Positions 1 through 9,273 of a stretch of 57,821 nucleotides of DNA are shown in pieces. Origin of the DNA: a virus (lineage: Duplodnaviria > Caudoviricetes); IMG/VR virus record IMGVR_UViG_3300028571_002339, positions 1 to 57,821 of that record; one strand, written 5' to 3'. Made by a program: the position numbers and the translations under genes. The notes below the pieces were generated by a model. It saw only the letters and a list, made by a program, of their open reading frames with translations. It ran no database searches and was not told the DNA's origin. Numbering within the stretch: position 1 is the first letter of the stretch; each line of letters begins with the position of its first letter.

Positions 1-24
1 TAATTATTTAGTATAATAAAAAAG

Positions 25-96
25 ACCAGCTCTGGATTTCGGCAATAAAAAAACTGCCTTGCGACAGTTTTTGAAAAATCAGAGAAGTAGGGATTC
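25..96. repeat. att-like direct repeat, left copy (exact core 44..96)
   Basis: Matches 57742..57814; identity stops inside the tRNA T-loop (GGATTC|TCTT vs GGATTC|GAACCC). Confidence 0.9.
49..72 (-). terminator. intrinsic terminator hairpin (copy of the tRNA terminator)
   Basis: AAAAACTG-ccttgcga-CAGTTTTT inverted repeat with A/T tails. Confidence 0.6.
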
Positions 97-147
97 TCTT
101 TAGGCGTTTGCGAAGTATGAGCATTACTATCACTTTCCAGTTAAATA

Positions 148-500
148 CAGAAATATGTAATTGAAAGCCAATCGCTGAAGTTTAGGCTGTGTCTTGATAT
201 TGAGGCGGTTCCGCTGTGTCCAGAAATATGGAATTGAAATTAACGGAATTGACGATTTCTTATCCGAAAAGTTGACGATTTTTCCTACGAAATCCTTGCC
301 AAGTGCTACATTCAGGCGACACGTCTATAACATCGGCATAGGAATTTTTGGTAATTTTTCAATTACATTTTATGTAATTGAAGCAAGTCTTCCCCCTTGG
401 TGGGAAATGTTTTTAAAACAACACCTTTGGCGTTTAAATATATAAATGCCGAAAGTAAAATTTTTTCTCCAAAAATGTAATTGAAACTTGAAATGTAATC
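148..500. repeat. cluster of ATGTAATTGAA motifs (direct and inverted)
   Basis: CAGAAATATG(T/G)AATTGAAA at 148-166 and 221-239; palindrome TTCAATTACAT-TTT-ATGTAATTGAA 358-382; ATGTAATTGAAA 475-486. Confidence 0.75.
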
Positions 501-634
501 CAAAATTATTTTTTGTTATTAATCTATAAAATTAAAAACATGTTTTTCAAATATACATACCTGGGTAATAGATTTTTATAAATTATTATGTATGATTAAA
601 ATAATGGATATAGAATAAATTGGGTAGAGGAAGT

Positions 635-1162
635 ATGTTATTTACAAAAAGTCGCTTAAAAACAGAACCGTCTGATTATATTATTAAAGCCTCAATCAAT
701 GAAAGTAAATATAAAACAAGTTTTGATGTTTTTCTTTCACATAGTTTTGATGATAAACCTTATATTTATGAACTAAAAAATATTTTAGAAGGTCATGGCT
801 TATCCGTATATGTAGATTGGTTGGTAGATGGATACTTGGATAGGAATAATGTAACGACTAAAACTGCTGAAATTCTAAGAACCAGAATGAAGCAATCAAA
901 AAGTTTATTGTATGCAACCTCAATAAATAGCAGTTCCTCAAAATGGATGCCTTGGGAATTGGGGTTTTTTGACGGATATAAAGGTAAAGTCGCAATAATA
1001 CCTATTGTTGAAAATTCTTATTCTAAATATGAAGGTCAAGAATATTTAGGATTATACCCTTATATAGATGAAGCCAAAATTCAAAATAGTGATAATATGG
1101 CTCTTTGGATAAATAAAGCAGATAATTCGTCTTATAATATTAGGAGTTGGGTTAATGGTTAA
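635..1162 (+). CDS. TIR domain protein (Thoeris ThsB-like)
   Basis: FDVFLSHS and WMPWELG (catalytic Glu) TIR motifs; ATG at 635 follows AGAGG RBS (ORF track starts at TTG 620). Confidence 0.85.
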   Translation: MLFTKSRLKTEPSDYIIKASINESKYKTSFDVFLSHSFDDKPYIYELKNILEGHGLSVYVDWLVDGYLDRNNVTTKTAEILRTRMKQSKSLLYATSINSSSSKWMPWELGFFDGYKGKVAIIPIVENSYSKYEGQEYLGLYPYIDEAKIQNSDNMALWINKADNSSYNIRSWVNG

Positions 1163-2534
1163 TGAATATTCTAGTGAAAAAACTGTTTTTGTTGCAATGC
1201 CCTTCGGTTATAAAAAGCCATTAAAAGGAACTTACCAGATTAATTTCGACAATATTTATGAAAAATCTATAAAATCTGCCGTTATAGAAATGGGATTAAA
1301 TATTATAAGAGCGGATGAAGAAAATAACGGCGGCATTATTCATACATTAATGTATGAACGCTTAGTATGCTCCGATATAGTTATTGTTGATATTACTAAT
1401 CAAAACCCAAATGTGTATTATGAACTTGGATTTAGGCATTGTGCAAAACCATATCATACGATTATTATTTATGATAAAAAGCATCAAATACCATTTGATA
1501 TAGCCCTACTCCGTGCAATCCCGTATGAACTCAAAAGAGGTGAAATACCTTTAGAAAGTGCAAATAAGTTAAAAGAAGAAATTAAAAAACGGATTGAATT
1601 AGCTTTAAATTATGATGACACAAACGATAGTCCGGCTTTTGAATTAATTAGTGATTTCCCAACAACAGTATTATCAGATGGAAATATTAAAATATTTAAA
1701 AATACATATTCATTATGCGAAAAATTAAAAGATGAATTGCAGTCTGCCTGCAATACAGAAGAAATAGGACAAATTTTAACAGAAATAGAAAAAAGCAGTA
1801 TCCCTATATATTATATAGCCTACGAAATTATAAAAAGCTATAAGCGATTAAAGGAATGGACGGCACTTATTAATTTTCTAAATTGCCATAAAGATTCCGA
1901 TTTAAAAGATTTTGTACATGTAAAACAGCAATTAGCATTGGCTCTTAATAAAAGAGGTCAAAATACGGATAGAGAAAACGCTATAAGAATTTTAGAAAAT
2001 ATTTTAAAAGATATTGGTGAATCATCTGAAACTTATGGCTTACTCGGCAGTATAAATAAAGAATTAATGTTAAAATCAACAACCACAATGCAGGTAGGAG
2101 CCTTTTTAGATAAATCTATTTCTAATTATCGCAGCGGCTTTTTGTATGATACAACTAATTATTATACAGGTATAAATCTTGCAACTTTATTACTATATAA
2201 AAATGATATAAAATCTTCAATCGAATTACAAAAAATCATTCCTGTTATTGTATATAACATAGAATTACAAGATTTTAGCATCAGCGCTGATTATTGGCTA
2301 CTAGCTACTGTTTATGAAATATATGTACATTGTTTAAGGTTTGATGATGCTAAAAATATTTTAAAGCATATTTTGTCAATGCAAAAGAAACCAGATAACT
2401 GGGAAATAGAATCAACATTGAAAAATTTAAAGCTAATTAAAGAAATTTATGAACAAAAAGAATTACCAACTGACTGGTACGAGATTTACGAAGATGAACT
2501 AAACACAAAGGAGGTTAAAAATGTCTTGGAATAG
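1155..2534 (+). CDS. deoxyribohydrolase/NDT-like domain + TPR (DUF4071, MAP3K TRAF-binding-like) protein
   Basis: VFVAMPFG...RADE...DITNQNPNVYYELG; C-terminal QLALALNKR, SETYGLLG, YYTGINLATLL, DYWLLAT helical repeats. Confidence 0.8.
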   Translation: MVNEYSSEKTVFVAMPFGYKKPLKGTYQINFDNIYEKSIKSAVIEMGLNIIRADEENNGGIIHTLMYERLVCSDIVIVDITNQNPNVYYELGFRHCAKPYHTIIIYDKKHQIPFDIALLRAIPYELKRGEIPLESANKLKEEIKKRIELALNYDDTNDSPAFELISDFPTTVLSDGNIKIFKNTYSLCEKLKDELQSACNTEEIGQILTEIEKSSIPIYYIAYEIIKSYKRLKEWTALINFLNCHKDSDLKDFVHVKQQLALALNKRGQNTDRENAIRILENILKDIGESSETYGLLGSINKELMLKSTTTMQVGAFLDKSISNYRSGFLYDTTNYYTGINLATLLLYKNDIKSSIELQKIIPVIVYNIELQDFSISADYWLLATVYEIYVHCLRFDDAKNILKHILSMQKKPDNWEIESTLKNLKLIKEIYEQKELPTDWYEIYEDELNTKEVKNVLE

Positions 2535-2943
2535 AAGAGTTTTTATTTCGCACTGTTGGAGCTACGATACAGCTTACAACACAATAAAAGGTTGGCTAGA
2601 TGATGCTCCATACTATACATTTACAGATGGCAGTATTACAACGGATAAAGCTTTAACTGGACTAACTGATGAACAATTAGCACAGGCGATAAAAGAGAGA
2701 ATCCGTCAATGTAGTATTTTTGTTGTTCCTACAGGAATGTACTGCAATGGTAGTGATTGGATAACTTTTGAAGTTAATACCGCTGCTGCAATGGGTAAAC
2801 CTATTTTAGCTGTTAAACCTTGGGGACAAGAAAAAAATGCAAAAATAGTCACTGATAATGCTACATTAATTGTTGGATGGAATTCATCAAGTGTAATTGA
2901 CGGTATAAAAAAACTTACATCTACAAGTTATATTAACAAATAA
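2521..2943 (+). CDS. TIR-like protein (MTH538/DUF1863, ThsB-like)
   Basis: RVFISHCWSY, WITFEV, KPILAVKPWG, VGWNSSS motifs. Confidence 0.85.
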   Translation: MSWNRRVFISHCWSYDTAYNTIKGWLDDAPYYTFTDGSITTDKALTGLTDEQLAQAIKERIRQCSIFVVPTGMYCNGSDWITFEVNTAAAMGKPILAVKPWGQEKNAKIVTDNATLIVGWNSSSVIDGIKKLTSTSYINK

Positions 2944-3022
2944 AGAACTTCCAATCTACACATTCCAACACATTTCCCTCAAAACAGTTCCATTGTAGGA
3001 AGTTTGGAGTGATTAATGTAGT

Positions 3023-5110
3023 ATGGAAAATATTTTAAAAACCTTTAATACGACTGACACTTGGCTTGATGTAGAGACTGTCGCAGCTCTTAAAAAGATA
3101 TCAAATAGAGCCGTAAGATTATCACTCAAAAAGAAAAACCCTGACGGGGTAAACAAGTACAATTATCAGACAGAAACCGTCAGAGGCGGAAGTGCATATA
3201 AGATTCAGCTATCCAGCCTTGAGGAAGAATATCAAATTAAGTACATCAAAGAATACTACGACAATTTGACCCTAGTCGATAATAAAATCGAACTACATAA
3301 TTTTCAGCCCAAACCTGAGAAAATAATATCAGAAGTTCAACGCAAAAAAGCACTTGCAAAATATGACCTGATAAAATTTTGGGAAGAATACAGAAAAAAT
3401 AAAAAAGACAATAATATCCCCAATAAAAACTCAGATAGAATGTTTTTGGAAAGCTACAATACAGGACTTTTGTATCCTGAGATTTTTGCTGTAATAAATA
3501 CAATCGGAATCGGCTCTCTTTATTCCTGGAAGAATGTAATTGATAAGAACTCGGATTGGACAGCACTTGTCGGCAATTACAAATATTCTTCAAACAAAGT
3601 TTACCGAACAAAATTAAAGGAAGAAGAAATAACGGTCTTTCTAAAAATACTTTTATCCCCAAATAGATTTTCGATAGGCAAGGCAATCGGCTTAACAAGG
3701 CATATTTTGGAAGAAAAGGGATTTGAAAATATGCCAAAAGAAGTGACCTTCAGGCGATATGCAAAGTGGTATAAATCTGCAAATTATGACAAATGGGTGC
3801 TCGCAAGAGAAGGTGCTAAAGCACTTAAGGACAGAGTGGAACCGTATATTGTCAGAGATATAAGCGTGCTTGAGCCTGGGCAGGTTTTAATTGCAGACGG
3901 ACACACCCTTAACTTCCAAGTGATAAATCCTTTCACAGGAAAACCTTGCCGTGCAACACTACTTGGATTCCTTGATTGGAAATCAGGCGGACTTGTTGGA
4001 TACGATATTATGCTTGAAGAGTGTACCCAAAGTATTTCTTCAGCACTAAGGAATGCAATTTTGCACATGGACCATATCCCGAGTTTTGTTTATCAGGATA
4101 ATGGCAGAGCTTTTAAGAGTAAATTTTTTAACGGCGATACGAAATTCGAAGAATTAGGATTTACAGGAGTTTATGAAAAATTGGGAATAAAACCTGTTTA
4201 TGCAACTCCATACAATGCTCGGGCAAAAGTCATCGAGCGTTTCTTTTTGGAATTTCAAGAAAGCTTTGAAAAACTGATACCAAGCTATATAGGGACAAGT
4301 ATTGAGAATAAACCAGCGTATATGAATCGCAATGAGAAGCTCCATAAGGTGATACACCAAGAAAAGGCTAACTTTATTCCGACTATTGAACAAGCATTAT
4401 CATTAGTCAGAGAGTGGTTAAACTTTAGACACTCCCAGCCTTGTCCGAATGTCCCTGGCAAATCAATTCAGGAAGTTTTGGACTTAATTCCAAAACAAAA
4501 TATTTGCGAAGAAACATTGGACGATTTAATGATGGCACAAGAGGTAAAACACATCGGCAGAAACGGTATAAGGTTCTTAAAATCCAATTATTTTAATGAC
4601 GAACTTTATGGTATCAGAGAAAAAGCGGTTATAAAATACAACCTGAGCGATTTAAGTTACATCAAAGTGTATTCAGTCAAAGGCGAATTTTTGTGCAGGG
4701 CTGACAGAGTTACTGCAACGCATCCACTTGCTTATCAAATGGGCGACATCAAGGATATTGAAGATTACAAACACAAAATCAAAAAGCAAAATCAACTTAG
4801 AAACAAAACAATGAAAGCCGTTAAGGAACATTTTGCACTTGAAGATATCGAACTTATTAAAACTAACCTTATTGAAAATACTTTGATTGATGACAATTCG
4901 GTAATAGAAGCCGACATTATCAAACCTGCAAAACCTGAAAAAGAAAAACTAACAGAAACTTATGTAAACAATAGACCTCGACCACTTTTTAAAGATAATT
5001 ACGAACGCTATGAGTGGCATATAAAAAATGGATGTGTCGGAGTTGACGATAGAAGGTGGTTTGAAGAGTACATAAAATCAGAGGAGTATAGAAATATATA
5101 TGCAGAATAA
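3023..5110 (+). CDS. Mu-type DDE transposase (second copy, A1)
   Basis: IADGH, QDNGRAF, KVIERFF DDE triad; Mu transposase C-terminal region (GRNGIRF). Confidence 0.9.
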   Translation: MENILKTFNTTDTWLDVETVAALKKISNRAVRLSLKKKNPDGVNKYNYQTETVRGGSAYKIQLSSLEEEYQIKYIKEYYDNLTLVDNKIELHNFQPKPEKIISEVQRKKALAKYDLIKFWEEYRKNKKDNNIPNKNSDRMFLESYNTGLLYPEIFAVINTIGIGSLYSWKNVIDKNSDWTALVGNYKYSSNKVYRTKLKEEEITVFLKILLSPNRFSIGKAIGLTRHILEEKGFENMPKEVTFRRYAKWYKSANYDKWVLAREGAKALKDRVEPYIVRDISVLEPGQVLIADGHTLNFQVINPFTGKPCRATLLGFLDWKSGGLVGYDIMLEECTQSISSALRNAILHMDHIPSFVYQDNGRAFKSKFFNGDTKFEELGFTGVYEKLGIKPVYATPYNARAKVIERFFLEFQESFEKLIPSYIGTSIENKPAYMNRNEKLHKVIHQEKANFIPTIEQALSLVREWLNFRHSQPCPNVPGKSIQEVLDLIPKQNICEETLDDLMMAQEVKHIGRNGIRFLKSNYFNDELYGIREKAVIKYNLSDLSYIKVYSVKGEFLCRADRVTATHPLAYQMGDIKDIEDYKHKIKKQNQLRNKTMKAVKEHFALEDIELIKTNLIENTLIDDNSVIEADIIKPAKPEKEKLTETYVNNRPRPLFKDNYERYEWHIKNGCVGVDDRRWFEEYIKSEEYRNIYAE

Positions 5111-5789
5111 ATTTATTAAAACACAGAATGTAAAACGCTTTATATCATTGATGGATAACCTACAAAAAGCACCGCCGAATGTTCCAAAGATAGCCCTCGT
5201 GCATGGCGAATTCGGGCTTGGAAAGTCGCAAGCGATAATGTGGTGGGTTACAAATAATGATGCCATTTATGTTCGCTGTAACCATAAAATGAGTAGCCGT
5301 TGGCTGTTATCCGAAATAGTAAAAGAGCTTGACGAAGAACCTTGCAGGCAATCTTCGCAACTGTTTAGACAAATCGAGGATAAATTAAAAGCAGAATCCA
5401 AGGTGATAGTGGTTGATGAGATTGATTATCTTTTTACAAATACGCATACAATCGAAATATTGAGGGACATACACGATAAATTGGGAGTGCCGATTTTGCT
5501 TGTTGGAATGGGTTTGTCAAACAGAAAACTTCTAAAATATGGGCATATTAACGACAGAATTTTTGCGAAATTGAAATTTGAAAAAATCGGCAAGGAAGAT
5601 TTTAAAGAAATTATCTCAACGCTATCAGAAGTTGAGTTTACCGCCGAGGCAATAAAATATATCGAGTCTCGAAATCTTCAGTTCCGCCAACTTGTGAAAC
5701 TTATTAATAGAGCAGAAAATCTTGCAGATACTAATAAACTTAATCAGATTGACGAAGTAATAGTGAGGGAGCTATTTGATGAAAAATAA
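5100..5789 (+). CDS. AAA+ ATPase, MuB/TnsC-like (B1)
   Basis: Walker A GEFGLGKS, Walker B IVVDE; coupled to the transposase. Confidence 0.9.
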   Translation: MQNKFIKTQNVKRFISLMDNLQKAPPNVPKIALVHGEFGLGKSQAIMWWVTNNDAIYVRCNHKMSSRWLLSEIVKELDEEPCRQSSQLFRQIEDKLKAESKVIVVDEIDYLFTNTHTIEILRDIHDKLGVPILLVGMGLSNRKLLKYGHINDRIFAKLKFEKIGKEDFKEIISTLSEVEFTAEAIKYIESRNLQFRQLVKLINRAENLADTNKLNQIDEVIVRELFDEK

Positions 5790-6456
5790 GGTTTTGAAAC
5801 TGGCAAAAAGACTTGGTAAATTTTCTGTCGAAGATATTTCACAGATTATTACTACCGATAAAAACCAATTGGAAGAAATTTTACAAGAATTATTATCTGA
5901 AAAATCTATACTTAAAAGAGCAGATAGCACTTATTTTCATCAAGAAAAGAGTAAAAAGAAAACATCAAAACTTCCGCTATTTTTTGAATTCAGGACAAAA
6001 GAAGAACTTGATTTAATAATTAAATGTTTTTGTGCCGAAGTTTCTGTTTCGAAAAGTGTAATGATATGCAGTATTTCAGAAAATGTAATCTCTACATTTA
6101 CCCAGTATTTTAGAAAAGTCATTTATGAAAACCAATTACTAGAATTAAATAATTACTTTGAAAATAATCCACAGCAATTCCGACTGAGAACTTTTTATGA
6201 AAAGCCAACTTATTTTTATTTTTATGAAAATAGATTGTTTGTAAGTGACAATGTCCTATTATCGCCTAACGGCTGCATTAATTTTAAACAAGACGAAATC
6301 AAAAAGTTTAAAATCCTCTATTGCAGAATTAAAAGAATATTGAGCCACAATACTAGGCGGATATTATTACATCATCATATTTCAGAGAGCCTGTGGCGAG
6401 ATTCTAAAAGCTTTGAAGAATTAGTCAATGATTTGCATCAATTGCTAACGGCTTGA
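5779..6456 (+). CDS. winged-helix protein with degenerate IS1595/ISXO2-like C-terminus; third gene of transposase module
   Basis: Overlaps the ATPase stop; N-terminal wHTH-like pattern; IIKCFCAEV and HHHISESLWR resemble IS1595 segments, but no clear DDE triad. Confidence 0.5.
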   Translation: MKNKVLKLAKRLGKFSVEDISQIITTDKNQLEEILQELLSEKSILKRADSTYFHQEKSKKKTSKLPLFFEFRTKEELDLIIKCFCAEVSVSKSVMICSISENVISTFTQYFRKVIYENQLLELNNYFENNPQQFRLRTFYEKPTYFYFYENRLFVSDNVLLSPNGCINFKQDEIKKFKILYCRIKRILSHNTRRILLHHHISESLWRDSKSFEELVNDLHQLLTA

Positions 6457-7322
6457 AAATCAAACTTGAGATTATCCTCTACAGGTTGTAATTCTTCATC
6501 ATCAAAAACATCTTCTTGTATTATTTTACGGCGTTCTGGAGGTTTATTGTACAACTTATAAATATCTAATGGGATACGCATTTTTTTATTGTACATAAGC
6601 AACATAGCTTCTGCATATCCAAGAGAACCTGCCCTTCGCTCATTTGCGGTTCTGGATAATTCTTTTATGGAATATCTGCACATTTTTTCTTTAAAAATAT
6701 CATCATTAAGTTCGTTCGCATAGGCTGCAATTAATTTAGATACTCCTTTTAATATATTTGCCGACAATGAATTGATATCGCCCTCCCAAGTTCCGATACA
6801 AAGCCTCAGAGTTCTATCGAGATTATGAAAACCGAATTTTTTGTGTATATATTCTAAAGTCGATATGGCACAAATTCCGCCAATAACCTTAGTTGAGGTG
6901 AGAAATAAGTCATATGATTCTACCAAATCCTTTATTATAAGCTGTTCATCATTTCCGGCTTCAACATTTGCCATAAAAATTTCGTACGAAGTTAAAGATT
7001 TTACGTACTTTTGTTGGTTGGCAAAAATATCCGCTTCTTCTTGATAATCTAATTCATCATATATCATGCACCATACAGGAGTTTCACGTGATTCTGAAAC
7101 AGTCGCTACAATTTCAATCGTATGCTGCCCATTAAAAACATAGTTTATACCATCTCTTCTACTAACTTTCACTGGATTTATCTGACACAAATCAAAATTT
7201 GCGACTGCACGTTTAACATGTGCTTCAGACAAATTACGCTGATATTCTTGATTTGATACCAGGTTTTTTATCGGGATTTGCTCAAAATGTACATTTGGAA
7301 TAAATTGACTATACTCTTCCAT
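6438..7322 (-). CDS. ParB/DGQHR-like protein (DUF6551-like)
   Basis: NQEYQR and VFNGQHT motifs. Confidence 0.7.
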   Translation of the reverse strand: MEEYSQFIPNVHFEQIPIKNLVSNQEYQRNLSEAHVKRAVANFDLCQINPVKVSRRDGINYVFNGQHTIEIVATVSESRETPVWCMIYDELDYQEEADIFANQQKYVKSLTSYEIFMANVEAGNDEQLIIKDLVESYDLFLTSTKVIGGICAISTLEYIHKKFGFHNLDRTLRLCIGTWEGDINSLSANILKGVSKLIAAYANELNDDIFKEKMCRYSIKELSRTANERRAGSLGYAEAMLLMYNKKMRIPLDIYKLYNKPPERRKIIQEDVFDDEELQPVEDNLKFDFQAVSN

Positions 7323-8248
7323 TATTTCTCCTCTACTGCTAATAATATTGCATTTATTGTGTATTCTAAATTTTTTAACTCATTTTGTAGTTTTATTTTT
7401 GCCTTACTTGAAGCTTTACAAAAATTTGCATTTGATAAAGTTCTATTTATGGAACTAATCCAAGAGGGAAGTGTTAAAGTCAGGCTTGATATTTCTGCAT
7501 CAGGGTCATAAGCTGGCATATCCTTGACTGATAATGTATCACTCCGCTTCGGGATAACCTTGCGCACACTTGAATATGGTATAAAAGTTTCATCATTATT
7601 ATTCAATTTATTTTTGACCGTATTAATTGCTTTGAATGGTTGTTTTGATAATTTTTTAATATTATATTGAGAAATTTTTACGTTCCCATTTAAAACGTCC
7701 GAAATGAATTCGGGTTCTTTATTTGATAGCGTATCTATTGATCTTGCATAAGCAGCATATTTTCTAACAGTCTTTGGAGAAAGATGGTATTCCTCACCCA
7801 ATTGTTCTGCTGTATTTTGCATGGATTTTTTTATTGTTGAGTTATCTTTATGGGCGATCTCCATTTCATTATCTTTATATTGATTTTTACCCAAAGGATT
7901 CCTTTTCCCAAGTATTTTTTCCATTTCGTATCTTTTTCCTATTAAATATCTTTTAGTCTCTTCCGAAATATTCCTGCGACCCAATTGGTTTGCACAAATC
8001 CAAGTTATAATTTCTTCTCTGGAATCAAAATCGACATATTGTACAAAAAATGGGATTTGTAATCTTGTACAAATTTCATAGCGATTATGTCCATCAATAA
8101 TTATGTTTTCCCAAACGCATAATGGTTCTCTGCAACCATCTCTGGAAATATTTTCCTCCAGCTGAATACGTTCATTTTTGCTTAAGGGTGGAATTAATTG
8201 CTTAAATCTTTCATCTATTTGTAACTTATAAATTTGTTTTTCTGCCAT
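7322..8248 (-). CDS. ParB N-terminal domain protein with HTH
   Basis: LIPPLS..E...LEENI..DGCREPL, IIDGHNRY, NQLGRRN; start at ATG 8248 after GGAG (track: 8266). Confidence 0.75.
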   Translation of the reverse strand: MAEKQIYKLQIDERFKQLIPPLSKNERIQLEENISRDGCREPLCVWENIIIDGHNRYEICTRLQIPFFVQYVDFDSREEIITWICANQLGRRNISEETKRYLIGKRYEMEKILGKRNPLGKNQYKDNEMEIAHKDNSTIKKSMQNTAEQLGEEYHLSPKTVRKYAAYARSIDTLSNKEPEFISDVLNGNVKISQYNIKKLSKQPFKAINTVKNKLNNNDETFIPYSSVRKVIPKRSDTLSVKDMPAYDPDAEISSLTLTLPSWISSINRTLSNANFCKASSKAKIKLQNELKNLEYTINAILLAVEEK

Positions 8249-8258
8249 TTGGACTCCA

Positions 8259-8621
8259 TTATTCATTTATTGAAAATGATTCTAACATATTAAATCTAAT
8301 AACATTTTGACTGGGAACGTTTTCGCCATAGATTCTATACGCTTTATTATCAACCCAATCGTTGCATAAATTTCTTAAATTTTTTATTAAAGAGGTACTG
8401 TATAGCTCAACAGATTTTTTATTATTAAATGAATTTTTGAAAACATAGTGAGCCTTTGTATCAGTTCTATCACTTGGAAGAACAGCCAAAGAACATTCTC
8501 CTGGATTTACCAATAGTAAAATATATTCAGGATTCCCAATTGAGTATAATGTATCTTTATGGATTCTGATTAGTGGTTTTTTAAGGTCGACTAAAATAGC
8601 AGGTTTTAGTGTTTTATTCAT
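8259..8621 (-). CDS. hypothetical protein, paralogous to the recombinase C-terminal domain
   Basis: YILLLVNP...LAVLP...W....YRIYG pattern shared with neighbours. Confidence 0.7.
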   Translation of the reverse strand: MNKTLKPAILVDLKKPLIRIHKDTLYSIGNPEYILLLVNPGECSLAVLPSDRTDTKAHYVFKNSFNNKKSVELYSTSLIKNLRNLCNDWVDNKAYRIYGENVPSQNVIRFNMLESFSINE

Positions 8622-9273
8622 ATTTTACTTCCTCCGATTGAATAAAATTATCTTGTTGTTCTTGTCGATTATTTTCTTTATCTTTAATGCCAAAAACTGT
8701 ATAACCGTTAAATATATTTACTTGCAGTTGCTTACCATGTTCTTCAACAGGCAATCCAAACTGATTTTGCCATTGGGCAGGAAATACAGGAGTTCGAGAA
8801 GTTTTTGGTTTTTCACCTTCTTGAATTGTTCTTTGATAAATTTCGGTTGCCGTTAGGTCAAAAATGAATAAATACTCATTGCCGCTTTTGATTAATTTCC
8901 CAAGTAATTTATATCTGAACTCCGGATTCCAATCCATCAAGTCAACAATTTTGGCAAAGAATACTCGGCAGCTAATTTGCTTTGGCTTACGTTTGATCGT
9001 GCTCCAAGGGAAAGAATCTTTTTCATCTTCGCGACAGGGGCGTACAGCTAGTTTTCTTTCTTCAGAATTAACAAGAATTTGGACATAATCTACATGCGGT
9101 AGTCGCTTTAGACATGCAGTATTTAATGAAACTTTACTTCTATTAAAAGTTATAGAAGGTTCATGTAAATGGGCAAAATACTCGCCTCTTACAACTTGAT
9201 AGCCATCATAATTAAAATTAGAATCCTCAATAGCATCAAGGTTTTGTTCGTTGGTATTCCCATCTTCAGTCAT
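8614..9273 (-). CDS. hypothetical protein, paralogous to the recombinase C-terminal domain
   Basis: YQVVRGEYF, YVQILVN, LAVRPC, WNPEFRYK, FPAQWQNQFG; start at ATG 9273 after GGAG (track: 9297). Confidence 0.75.
   Translation of the reverse strand: MTEDGNTNEQNLDAIEDSNFNYDGYQVVRGEYFAHLHEPSITFNRSKVSLNTACLKRLPHVDYVQILVNSEERKLAVRPCREDEKDSFPWSTIKRKPKQISCRVFFAKIVDLMDWNPEFRYKLLGKLIKSGNEYLFIFDLTATEIYQRTIQEGEKPKTSRTPVFPAQWQNQFGLPVEEHGKQLQVNIFNGYTVFGIKDKENNRQEQQDNFIQSEEVKYE

Noticed and set aside
194-445. 83-aa ORF near the left end
   Set aside because: TTG start with no clear RBS, no recognisable motif, and it runs across the repeat array; probably non-coding
148-500. Possible CRISPR array
   Set aside because: Repeats are short, irregularly spaced and in both orientations; no cas genes in the window
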